The notes under the pieces were generated by a model, which ran no database searches, had not been told where the DNA came from, and worked only from the letters and a program-made list of their open reading frames with translations. From contig JBFMAD010000006.1 of the NCBI GenBank assembly GCA_040755855.1, positions 64,001-128,000 of the forward strand: a DNA stretch of 64,000 nt. Reading direction: 5' to 3'. Below, one piece after another: positions 27,325 through 35,288 of the stretch. Origin of the DNA: Planctomycetota bacterium (GTDB taxonomy: Bacteria; Planctomycetota; Brocadiia; JAADGH01). How positions within the stretch are numbered: position 1 is the first letter of the stretch; every line of letters begins with the position of its first letter. Made by a program: the position numbers and the translations under genes.

Positions 27325-28824
27325 TTATTCCCGAACCGCTTTCAGAGCGGGATAGAGCCTCTCGTAGGCCTTCACCTTCTCGTCGTAAGCCTTTGCCACC
27401 TGCGGCCTTGGGAGAAATACCTTTTCGGGTTTCACAATGCCTTTCACCGCGTCCGGGAACGACCTGAATTCCCCGATGGCCACGCCAGCCGAGAGCGCCA
27501 CGCCGAGGCACGCCGCCTCCGTCACGCTCAGGCGAACGACCTTCGTGTTGAACATGTCGGCCTTGAGCTGGAGCCACTTCGCCGACTTCGCGCCGCCGCC
27601 GATGGCGCGAATCTCGTTCACCTCGATCCCCGCCTTGCGCAAGAGCATGAGGTTCAGCTTGATCTCATAGGTGATCCCCTCGAGCACGGCCTTGACGATC
27701 TGCTCCTTCGTCGTCTTCAGGTTCAGGCCGATGATCGCGCCCGTCGGGTCGGGGTCCATGTACGGCGTGCCCGTCGAGGTGAAGTGCGGGACGACAAACA
27801 GGTCCGTCGGCCCGTCGTGCATCCGGGCTATCAGGATGTCATAGACATCCACCCCTTTCTTCTTTGCCTCGCGCTTCTCCTCCTCGGCAAAGGTGTCGCG
27901 GACCCATTTCAGGAGCGATCCGCCGGTGAAGTTGAAAGCGAGCGTCACATAGAGCCCCGGCGCAACGTGGTGGTAGCAGCAGAAGTTGTTCTTGAGCATG
28001 GTCCGGTTCAGGACCGGCTTGGCGAAGGAGGGGGTCACGCACTCGACCGTGCCCGTTGCGTCCATGGCGATGCCGCCCTTGATGATGCCGGCGCCCGCCG
28101 CGCCCGCCGGCTGGTCGTGCCCGCCGGTAACGACCTTGCACCCCTTCGGCAGGCCGGTCTCCTTCGACGCCCTTATCCCGATCTCTCCGACCACCGTCCC
28201 GGATGGGGCGACCGCAGCGAGGAGGTCGAGGTCAATGCCCGTCAGCCTGCCGATCTTCTCCGACCACGCGCACCGCTTGATGTCGAAGGCCATCGTCCGA
28301 GCGGCGAGGGAGTAATCTATTGTCGGCGGAAGGCCCATCATATGGATGGCCAGGTCTTCCCAGCAGAGATACTTGCGGGCCGCCTTAAATACCGTAGGCT
28401 GCTCGTGTTTCGCCCACATGAGTTTCAGGATCGAGTAGATATGGCTCGGCGAGTGGCCGGTAATCTTGAAGACCTCCATCGGGGCCACCTTCGCCATCCA
28501 TGCCTTCGACTGGGCGGCGTTGCGTGTCTCGAAGCCGATGATCGTGGGACCGATGAACCTGCCGTTCCTGTCAATGGGCGTCACGGCCTCGCCGAGGCAG
28601 GAGATTGAAATCGCCTTGACGGGATCGCCCTTCGCCTTGCCCACGGCCTCTTTGATGGCCGCGGCGACCTTGGTCCAGACGTCCTTTGGGTTAAGCTCCA
28701 TCCATCCGGGGTGGGGGGAGTGCAGGTTGTACTCCCGGTAGGCGGAGCTGAGGATTCTTCCATCCAGGCCGAACACGATCGCCTTCGTACCGGTGGTGCC
28801 GATATCCAGGCCCATCAGACTCAT
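27325..28824 (-). CDS. FGGY-family carbohydrate kinase (xylulokinase-like)
   Basis: GLDIGTTGTK, GGHDQ, TGT, GGGAKS..WLQ. Confidence 0.92.
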   Translation of the reverse strand: MSLMGLDIGTTGTKAIVFGLDGRILSSAYREYNLHSPHPGWMELNPKDVWTKVAAAIKEAVGKAKGDPVKAISISCLGEAVTPIDRNGRFIGPTIIGFETRNAAQSKAWMAKVAPMEVFKITGHSPSHIYSILKLMWAKHEQPTVFKAARKYLCWEDLAIHMMGLPPTIDYSLAARTMAFDIKRCAWSEKIGRLTGIDLDLLAAVAPSGTVVGEIGIRASKETGLPKGCKVVTGGHDQPAGAAGAGIIKGGIAMDATGTVECVTPSFAKPVLNRTMLKNNFCCYHHVAPGLYVTLAFNFTGGSLLKWVRDTFAEEEKREAKKKGVDVYDILIARMHDGPTDLFVVPHFTSTGTPYMDPDPTGAIIGLNLKTTKEQIVKAVLEGITYEIKLNLMLLRKAGIEVNEIRAIGGGAKSAKWLQLKADMFNTKVVRLSVTEAACLGVALSAGVAIGEFRSFPDAVKGIVKPEKVFLPRPQVAKAYDEKVKAYERLYPALKAVRE

Positions 28825-28979
28825 GGTGTTCCTCCTTTGAGCGTAATTTGCGCCGACGCATGGAGTTTATCAGACAGGCGCAGAATGTTCAATCAAATTA
28901 TGGCATGAGCCGTGTCTTCGGGTTATAATGCCGACCCAGGAGACCAGGAGAGGAAACCGCGAATTGGAAAGGAACGATC

Positions 28980-30668
28980 ATGGGTCGAAGAAATGCGACG
29001 CTATGGGTTATTCTTGCCGCGTTTGCTCTTGCGTCATGCGAGGATGAAAAGATGGCGACCTACCCGGACCGGTGGGTGTATGTGGCGCGCAACCTGACGA
29101 AAGACGAGCACGTGGGCGACATCCGGCAGATCGCGCAGACCGCGCGGACGCACAGTCTGAACGGCATGCTCCTGGCCGCCGGGCTGGAAGGCGTGGCCCA
29201 TTGGGACGAGAAGCGGCTGGCGCGACTCGAAGATGTCAAGGCCATCTGCAGAGAGAACAAGATCGAAATCATCCCGATCATCTGGTCGGTGGGTTATGGC
29301 TCCGGCCTCGGCGCGAATCGCAACCTCGCGGCGGGGCTGCCCTGCACGAACGTGCCGTTCGTCGTGAAGGGCAAGGAGGCCCGCCTCGCGCCGGACGCGA
29401 ATGTAAAGATCGGCAATGGAGGATTCGAGGAGTTCCAGGATAATCGGATGAAGGACTATGCCTTCCACGACAAGCCGGGCGAAGTGTCGTTTGCGGATAC
29501 TGCTATCCGCAAGAGCGGAAAGGCGTCGCTGCGATTTGAGAATTTCGGCAAGTTCGAGCACGGCCATGGGCGGGTCATGCAAGAGGTGAGCGTCAAACCT
29601 CGTCGGCAGTATCGCGTCACGTGTTGGATCAAGACGGAGGCCCTCGAACCGACAAGCGCGTTCAAGATTCAGATCTACGGGCCCAAGGACTGCATTGCCC
29701 CCACAGAGTTCGACATTCCGACCACAACCGATTGGCGCGTGGTGTCGCTGGTCTTCAACAGCCTACAACATGACAAAGTGAAGATTTACGCTGGGCTATG
29801 GGGAGGCAAGGCAGGCAGGATATGGTTCGACGATCTCACGATTGAGGAACTGGCCCTGGTCAACGTCCTCCGTCGGCCCGGCACACCGATTACAGTACAG
29901 AGCGACGATGGCAAAACCATCTACGAGGAAGGCAAAGACTACGAACGGATTGAGGACCCGAAACTCAACTTCTCGCACCCGCCCAAGGATGGTTTGCCGA
30001 TCACGCTCACGGCCAACAGCCGGATCAAGGACGGTCAACGCCTGCTCGTCAGTTACTATCACGGCGCCGCCATCAACCGTGGCCAGGTGAGCGTCTGCAT
30101 GTCGGAGCCGGAGCTTTACGCCTACTGGCGCGAGTCGGCGGCCGCGATCAAAAAGCACCTGAACCCCGACAAGTGGTTCCTGAGCATGGACGAGATCCGC
30201 GCCGGCGGGTCGTGCCGGGCCTGCAAGGCGCGGAAGATGAGCATGGGGCAGATCCTCGGCGACTGCATTACGATGCAGATGCAGATCATCCGCGACGTCA
30301 ATCCAAAGGCAAAGGTCTATATCTGGTCGGACATGCTCGACCCGAACCACAACGCGCACGGCAACTACTACCTCGTCGAGGGCGACTTCACCGGCTCGTG
30401 GGAGCACGTCCCGAAGGACCTGATCATCTGCTGCTGGTATTTCAAGAAGCGCGAGGAGAGCATGAAGTTTTTCTCCGGCCTCGGCTTCGCGACGCTGGCC
30501 GGGGCCTACTATGATGGGGACGATCTGGAGAACATCAAGGGGTGGATCTCGACAATCAACCACACGCCCAAGTGCCGGGGCATCATGTACACCTCGTGGC
30601 GGAACAAGTATGCGCTCCTGCCGGACTTCGGCGACGCGGTGGCGCACGATGCGAAGCCGATGAAATAG
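28980..30668 (+). CDS. Lipoprotein with CBM4/9-like insert and putative glycoside-hydrolase barrel
   Basis: Lipobox LASC; NGGFE carbohydrate-binding module; MDEIR and IWSDM motifs. Confidence 0.7.
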   Translation: MGRRNATLWVILAAFALASCEDEKMATYPDRWVYVARNLTKDEHVGDIRQIAQTARTHSLNGMLLAAGLEGVAHWDEKRLARLEDVKAICRENKIEIIPIIWSVGYGSGLGANRNLAAGLPCTNVPFVVKGKEARLAPDANVKIGNGGFEEFQDNRMKDYAFHDKPGEVSFADTAIRKSGKASLRFENFGKFEHGHGRVMQEVSVKPRRQYRVTCWIKTEALEPTSAFKIQIYGPKDCIAPTEFDIPTTTDWRVVSLVFNSLQHDKVKIYAGLWGGKAGRIWFDDLTIEELALVNVLRRPGTPITVQSDDGKTIYEEGKDYERIEDPKLNFSHPPKDGLPITLTANSRIKDGQRLLVSYYHGAAINRGQVSVCMSEPELYAYWRESAAAIKKHLNPDKWFLSMDEIRAGGSCRACKARKMSMGQILGDCITMQMQIIRDVNPKAKVYIWSDMLDPNHNAHGNYYLVEGDFTGSWEHVPKDLIICCWYFKKREESMKFFSGLGFATLAGAYYDGDDLENIKGWISTINHTPKCRGIMYTSWRNKYALLPDFGDAVAHDAKPMK

Positions 30669-30774
30669 GGCAGAATCTCTTTGACATCGAGGACCAAATG
30701 AATAGAATGATGCGCCAACACGTATAGCCCGATGAGTGAACCCGGCAACGCGATTCAATGGAAAGGAGAAGACC

Positions 30775-31458
30775 ATGTCGAGGCCCATCCCACCGCCCGG
30801 CTATCCGCCGATGATGCAGGAACCTGAACCGAGACAGGGACGCGGTTGCTTCTTCTACGGTTGTCTGACCGTCGTAGTCCTGTTGCTGCTTCTCGTGGCC
30901 ATCGTGGGCGGCACAGCGTACTGGGGGTACAAGAAGCTGCTCTCGTACACCTCCGACAAGCCGATGGAGATACCGACCATCGAGGCGACCGCGGCCGACT
31001 ACGAGGCCCTCAAGGCCCGCATCGACGCCTTTACGAAGGCCGCCGACCAGGTACAGCAGGCGGAGATTGAACTGACGGCCACGGACATCAACACCCTTAT
31101 CGCACACGACCCGGAGTGGAAGGAAGTCCACGGCAAGGCGTACGTGAAGATTGAGGGCGACGAGATGAAGGCCGACGCCAGCATCCCCCTCGGTGAAATC
31201 CCCGGCTTCAAGGGGCGATACCTGAATGGAACGCTTGGCATCAACGTGTCACTCCAGGATGGTGAACTGGAGGTCAAGCCCAAGACGCTTGTCGTGAAGG
31301 ACAAGTCCGTGCCGAAGCAGATCATGGATCAGCTTCGCCAGCAGAACTGGGCCGACGAGACCAACCAGGACGATGACGCGATGAAGGTCATCCGAAAACT
31401 CGAGAGCATCGAGATCAAGGACGGCAAGATCAAGGTAAAGTCCCGAGGCAAAGAGTAA
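30775..31458 (+). CDS. Membrane-anchored hypothetical protein
   Basis: AAGGAG SD; RGCFFYGCL followed by a TM helix. Confidence 0.8.
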   Translation: MSRPIPPPGYPPMMQEPEPRQGRGCFFYGCLTVVVLLLLLVAIVGGTAYWGYKKLLSYTSDKPMEIPTIEATAADYEALKARIDAFTKAADQVQQAEIELTATDINTLIAHDPEWKEVHGKAYVKIEGDEMKADASIPLGEIPGFKGRYLNGTLGINVSLQDGELEVKPKTLVVKDKSVPKQIMDQLRQQNWADETNQDDDAMKVIRKLESIEIKDGKIKVKSRGKE

Positions 31459-31482
31459 GAGGCTCCCGGAGGGAGAAACCCA

Positions 31483-33111
31483 ATGGCAGTCGTCCCGATC
31501 GTCCCATTCCAGCATTTCTTCTGCCATGATGAAGTCACCGACATCGTCACCCGGCTCGCCAGTTCGCGGCCGAACCTCTGCCGGCTTGGTTCCCTCGGCA
31601 GGTCGCGTGAGGGACGGGAGATCCATCTCCTTACCATCACCGACTACGACACGGGCAGGCCGGAGGACAAGCCGGCCTACCTGATCCACGGCAACATCCA
31701 CGCCGCGGAACTCTCCGGCACGCACGCGGCGCTCTACACCGCCCGGCAGCTCCTGGCCGACTATCCGAAGTCGGACATCCTCAAGCGGGTTGTGTTCCAT
31801 GTCGTCCCCCGGCTCAACCCCGACGGCGCGGAGTTCGTGGTGAAGACCTCCGGCTCCATCCGCAGCCGGACCGATCGCTCCGAGCGCGAGCCGAACACAC
31901 TCTACCAGGAGGACGTGAACGGCGACGGCCTGATCCTCACGATGCGGCAGGAGCACCCGGACGGGCCCTTCGTCGCCGACCCGAAGGACAAGCGGCTCCT
32001 CATCCGCCGGAAGCGCGACGACAAGCCCCCCTACTACCGCACAATCCCCGAGGGAGTCATCCACGAGTGGGACGGGACGGACAACATCCGCATCGAGGGC
32101 CGAGGCTTCGACTGGAACCGCAACTGGTCCTACGACTGGCGGCCCGAGCCGGAGCAGGGCGGGGCGGGGGATTTCCCCTTTAGCGAAAAAGAGATGCGCG
32201 CCCTGGCCGATTTCATTTTCGCCCGGCAAAACCTCTTCGGCATCCTCGGCTACCATACCGGCCCGGCGTCGGTCCTCCGCCCGCCCTCGACGGGCGCGGA
32301 CAAGGACTTGGACGCGGGCGATGTGCAGATCATGGAGGAGCTGGCGCAGTTCGGCGCGAAGGCGACGAAGTTCCCCGTGCACCCCGTCGTCAAGTATCAC
32401 TACGCCGACGGGCGGGACATCAACCTGCGCGGGCATTTTCACAATTTCGGATACCAGCACCTGGGCCTCTTTGTCTTCGAGTTCGAGCTGGGCATCCTGC
32501 GCAACAGCGCGGGTATCACGACGGAGGAGATTTTCAAGACCAAGAACGAGGAAGAGCGCGAGGAACACATCCGCCGCATGATGAAGTGGTGGGACAGGCA
32601 GAAAAAGCGCGACAAGATCTATACGCCCTGGAAGTCCTTCAATCACCCGCAGTTGGGCAAGGTCGAGGTCGGCGGTCTGCTGGCCCGGCACATCGCCGGT
32701 CGCACGCTGCCGGACCTGCTCCGGGTGTCAAAGGGGACCTACGCCTTCACGCTCGAACATGCCGCGCGCCATCCTCGCATTGAGTTGGAGGATGTGGAGG
32801 TGGAGTCGGTCGGCGGCGACATCTACCGCGTCCGCGCCCGCGTGGCCAATCGGGGCCAGTTCCCGACGCACGTCTCGAACAAGGGCCGGGGCCTGAGACG
32901 GCTCAAGGCGGTTCATCTGTCGTTCCATCCGTCGGCGGGCGTGACGCTGCTCTCCCAGACGGGCCACCATGATCTGGGCCACCTCCCCGGCCTGACGGGG
33001 AGTCGGCGACTCGAATGGTTCGTGTCGGCGCCGGGGAAGGGAAAGAATCTCTGCGAGATTCGCGTCAACGGCGGGACGGGTGGGAACGTGTCGGCGAAGA
33101 TCGCGAAGTAG
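31483..33111 (+). CDS. Peptidase M14 zinc carboxypeptidase
   Basis: HAAE (HxxE), NPDG, NRNW, YHT. Confidence 0.9.
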   Translation: MAVVPIVPFQHFFCHDEVTDIVTRLASSRPNLCRLGSLGRSREGREIHLLTITDYDTGRPEDKPAYLIHGNIHAAELSGTHAALYTARQLLADYPKSDILKRVVFHVVPRLNPDGAEFVVKTSGSIRSRTDRSEREPNTLYQEDVNGDGLILTMRQEHPDGPFVADPKDKRLLIRRKRDDKPPYYRTIPEGVIHEWDGTDNIRIEGRGFDWNRNWSYDWRPEPEQGGAGDFPFSEKEMRALADFIFARQNLFGILGYHTGPASVLRPPSTGADKDLDAGDVQIMEELAQFGAKATKFPVHPVVKYHYADGRDINLRGHFHNFGYQHLGLFVFEFELGILRNSAGITTEEIFKTKNEEEREEHIRRMMKWWDRQKKRDKIYTPWKSFNHPQLGKVEVGGLLARHIAGRTLPDLLRVSKGTYAFTLEHAARHPRIELEDVEVESVGGDIYRVRARVANRGQFPTHVSNKGRGLRRLKAVHLSFHPSAGVTLLSQTGHHDLGHLPGLTGSRRLEWFVSAPGKGKNLCEIRVNGGTGGNVSAKIAK

Positions 33112-33123
33112 TTCGCGCTGCGC

Positions 33124-33219
33124 TGTGTGCCACGCTCAAACTTGTTTGCGCGTGATCCTCGGACGGTCCAGCCTCGCACGCCCAAGCCCGCGAAGACGCG
33201 GCCGTGGGCGTGGCACACA
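33124..33219. repeat. REPIN-like inverted repeat TGTGTGCCACGC...GCGTGGCACACA
   Basis: 12-bp inverted ends with internal palindromes, just after the M14 stop. Confidence 0.65.
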
Positions 33220-33281
33220 CTTGCCTCCCCAGATTACAACCATACAGATATTGCGCGCCGCGCTCCCCCATCTTCTGTCGG

Positions 33282-33352
33282 GAGTTCGTTTCGTAAATTT
33301 AACGTTTTGAGTTCGTTTGGTAATTTCGACCGTTGAGTTCGTTCGGTAATTT
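33282..33352. repeat. Three near-tandem copies of GAGTTCGTT(T/C)(G/C)GTAA(T/A)TT
   Basis: Copies start at 33282, 33309 and 33335 (27/26-bp period). Confidence 0.85.
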
Positions 33353-33550
33353 TTAATCTTTTTGGGCTATGGGGGGACTCCTCGGCGGCGCATTTACCGT
33401 GATGATGGCGTTGGCGCGTCTCCTCTCCATCGAAGCTTCCTCCTTCGTCTGGGATTCCTCTAATGCTTTGCCTATCGAGCGCCGCCCGCACAGGCAGGCG
33501 CGTTATTTCAACTACATAATCTCAAGAGGAACAAGCTATCCACTTGGGGT

Positions 33551-33579
33551 ATTATACACTATATATGGATACTTGTCAA
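33551..33579 (-). promoter_or_regulatory. Perfect-consensus sigma70 promoter, leftward
   Basis: TTGACA-N17-TATAAT on the minus strand, with no recognisable gene downstream. Confidence 0.8.
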
Positions 33580-33669
33580 GTCCGATTAGGAAACAATTCC
33601 ATTTTCCCATATAAACCATTGCGACTCAAGAAGTTATGAGATGTTTTCATCTCGGCGCGGTTGGCCCTT

Positions 33670-33842
33670 TGGAGTGCGGCAGCCGTGCTGCCGCTTTTTC
33701 TTGCGGCAAGCCACGCTTACCGCTCTTCGTTACCGAGGGTGTCGCCGTCAGGCCCTGTCTGCGGCCTTCGCACGGTTGCTGCGCCATCGTCGGGAAGCAG
33801 GGCTTCCCGATGTCAAGGCGCAAGCATGGCTTGCGCACTCCA
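33670..33842. repeat. REPIN-like element TGGAGTGCG...CGCACTCCA
   Basis: Inverted ends plus internal hairpins GCGGCAGC..GCTGCCGC, GGGAAGC..GCTTCCC, GCGCAAGC..GCTTGCGC. Confidence 0.7.
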
Positions 33843-33996
33843 CAAACACAACGGCTTTTCTCGTTCCGAGGCTAACGGGCCACCCGTCAGGCTCTGCCTG
33901 ACTCCTTTCGCCGCGAAGATGCGGAGCCGAACGGCTATGGCGTTCCCGCGCTGCGCGGGACAGCGCCTGGGACGAGGCATGGCTGAGGGGAGACCA

Positions 33997-34743
33997 TTAT
34001 TTTATCTTCTTCTTTACCTCGTCCCACAAAGATTTCCAAAGCCGAACATCGTACTCCTTTCCCTTTTTTGTTTTCTTGTCAAGAATCTCGTCCAGCGCTT
34101 GCATTTGTCGGATGGTGGTACACCATGACTTCAGGGCTTTCTCGTGAGGCTTTAGCGCATCCGTTAGCCTAACGTTTTTTGCCATAGGCTCGAAAGCAGC
34201 TTCTATTCCTTCAGCCCATGCGTCAAATTTGATCAATCTGCCTTTGACTGGGTGATTGTATACTTTTTCTTCTGGAGTATTTTGCGGTGCAAGTTGGCTC
34301 ATCGGTGATTTGACGATGCTCCAAGGTTCTGCCTTCCCATACTGACTGAATACGGAAAACAGAAAAACAATAAGCGATGGGTCAACTTTCACTTCCTCGC
34401 CAATGTATAGAATCTTATCGGGAAGATCTGGCTCTTCCTGCAAAATCGGGCAATCCCTGGGATACCAAGAACCTTTCATGTCCCACTCAATGAACTCTTT
34501 GCTCAGAGTCCTATGTATTTCTGGATCGTAATCTATAGTCGCCTTTTCCGGGTCTCGATAGTCTTTCCATTTCAGTCCTGTCTTCTTTTTCCTTTCTTGG
34601 GCATGAACGACATCCGTGGAGGTTGGCAGATGACACGGGACAACAAGTGATGCGCACAGCACGAAAGCGAGGGCCAATGCCATCCGGACAAACCTCGCTT
34701 GGCATCCTTTACGACATCCCAAAGAGCGAACATTTCGAGCCAT
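33997..34743 (-). CDS. Hypothetical exported protein, lower GC than flanks
   Basis: AGGAGG SD before ATG 34743; hydrophobic N-terminal segment; AT-rich codons. Confidence 0.75.
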   Translation of the reverse strand: MARNVRSLGCRKGCQARFVRMALALAFVLCASLVVPCHLPTSTDVVHAQERKKKTGLKWKDYRDPEKATIDYDPEIHRTLSKEFIEWDMKGSWYPRDCPILQEEPDLPDKILYIGEEVKVDPSLIVFLFSVFSQYGKAEPWSIVKSPMSQLAPQNTPEEKVYNHPVKGRLIKFDAWAEGIEAAFEPMAKNVRLTDALKPHEKALKSWCTTIRQMQALDEILDKKTKKGKEYDVRLWKSLWDEVKKKIK

Positions 34744-34772
34744 GACTTCCCTCCTATCTTCCAGGTCAGACC

Positions 34773-34806
34773 AAACAAAAGGGGAGCAGCCGCAACGTAT
34801 GCTCCC
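34773..34806 (-). terminator. Terminator-like hairpin in the 5' leader of the 33997-34743 gene
   Basis: GGGAGCA-TACGTTGCGGC-TGCTCCC-C-TTTTGTTT. Confidence 0.55.
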
Positions 34807-35027
34807 GCTACAAGGCCTGCGACGGCCTGGAGTCGAAAACAAAACGTCCAGCCGCTCCCCGGATGGGGAGCGACGCCAGACGCCGATCAACTCCAATGTT
34901 TGTCGCAGTTTTGTAGCGGACGGCGCTCGGCAATCACTCCGAGTATGTTACGAAGATGCTACGTTATCCCGACGCATTACCTCCCAAGTGAACGGTACAT
35001 GAAAACAGCAGGGCCTCCCGCCTTGCC

Positions 35028-35054
35028 CGTTCCCAGGCAGAGCCTGGGAACGAG
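35028..35054. repeat. REP-like palindrome CGTTCCCAGGC-AGA-GCCTGGGAACG
   Basis: Perfect 11-bp inverted repeat. Confidence 0.7.
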
Positions 35055-35189
35055 GGTATGAGCGACCTGCTGTGACCTGAACAAACATCCCACGAGATGC
35101 ATCCCCAATTGTCTATCAGACGGCGGCATTGTATAACGCATCCCCGTTGTCTGTCAAGGGTCGGTGCGGAAACCGACGAGCCGCCGCCC

Positions 35190-35276
35190 TGGATTCCCGC
35201 TCCCCGCTTACGGCCTGCGGGGACAAGTTTCGCGGGAATGACGTATTACCGTCGGAAGTCTGGCGACTTCCGCTAC
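35190..35276. repeat. Two further REP-like palindromes
   Basis: TGGATTCCCGC...GCGGGAATGAC (35190-35242) and GTAG-type CGGAAGTC-TGGC-GACTTCCG-CTAC (35253-35276). Confidence 0.65.
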
Positions 35277-35288
35277 TACGATTCCTCT

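Noticed and set aside
33282..33352. CRISPR array interpretation of the 18-bp repeats
   Set aside because: Spacers are only 8-9 nt, the repeats are short and non-identical, and no cas genes are present.
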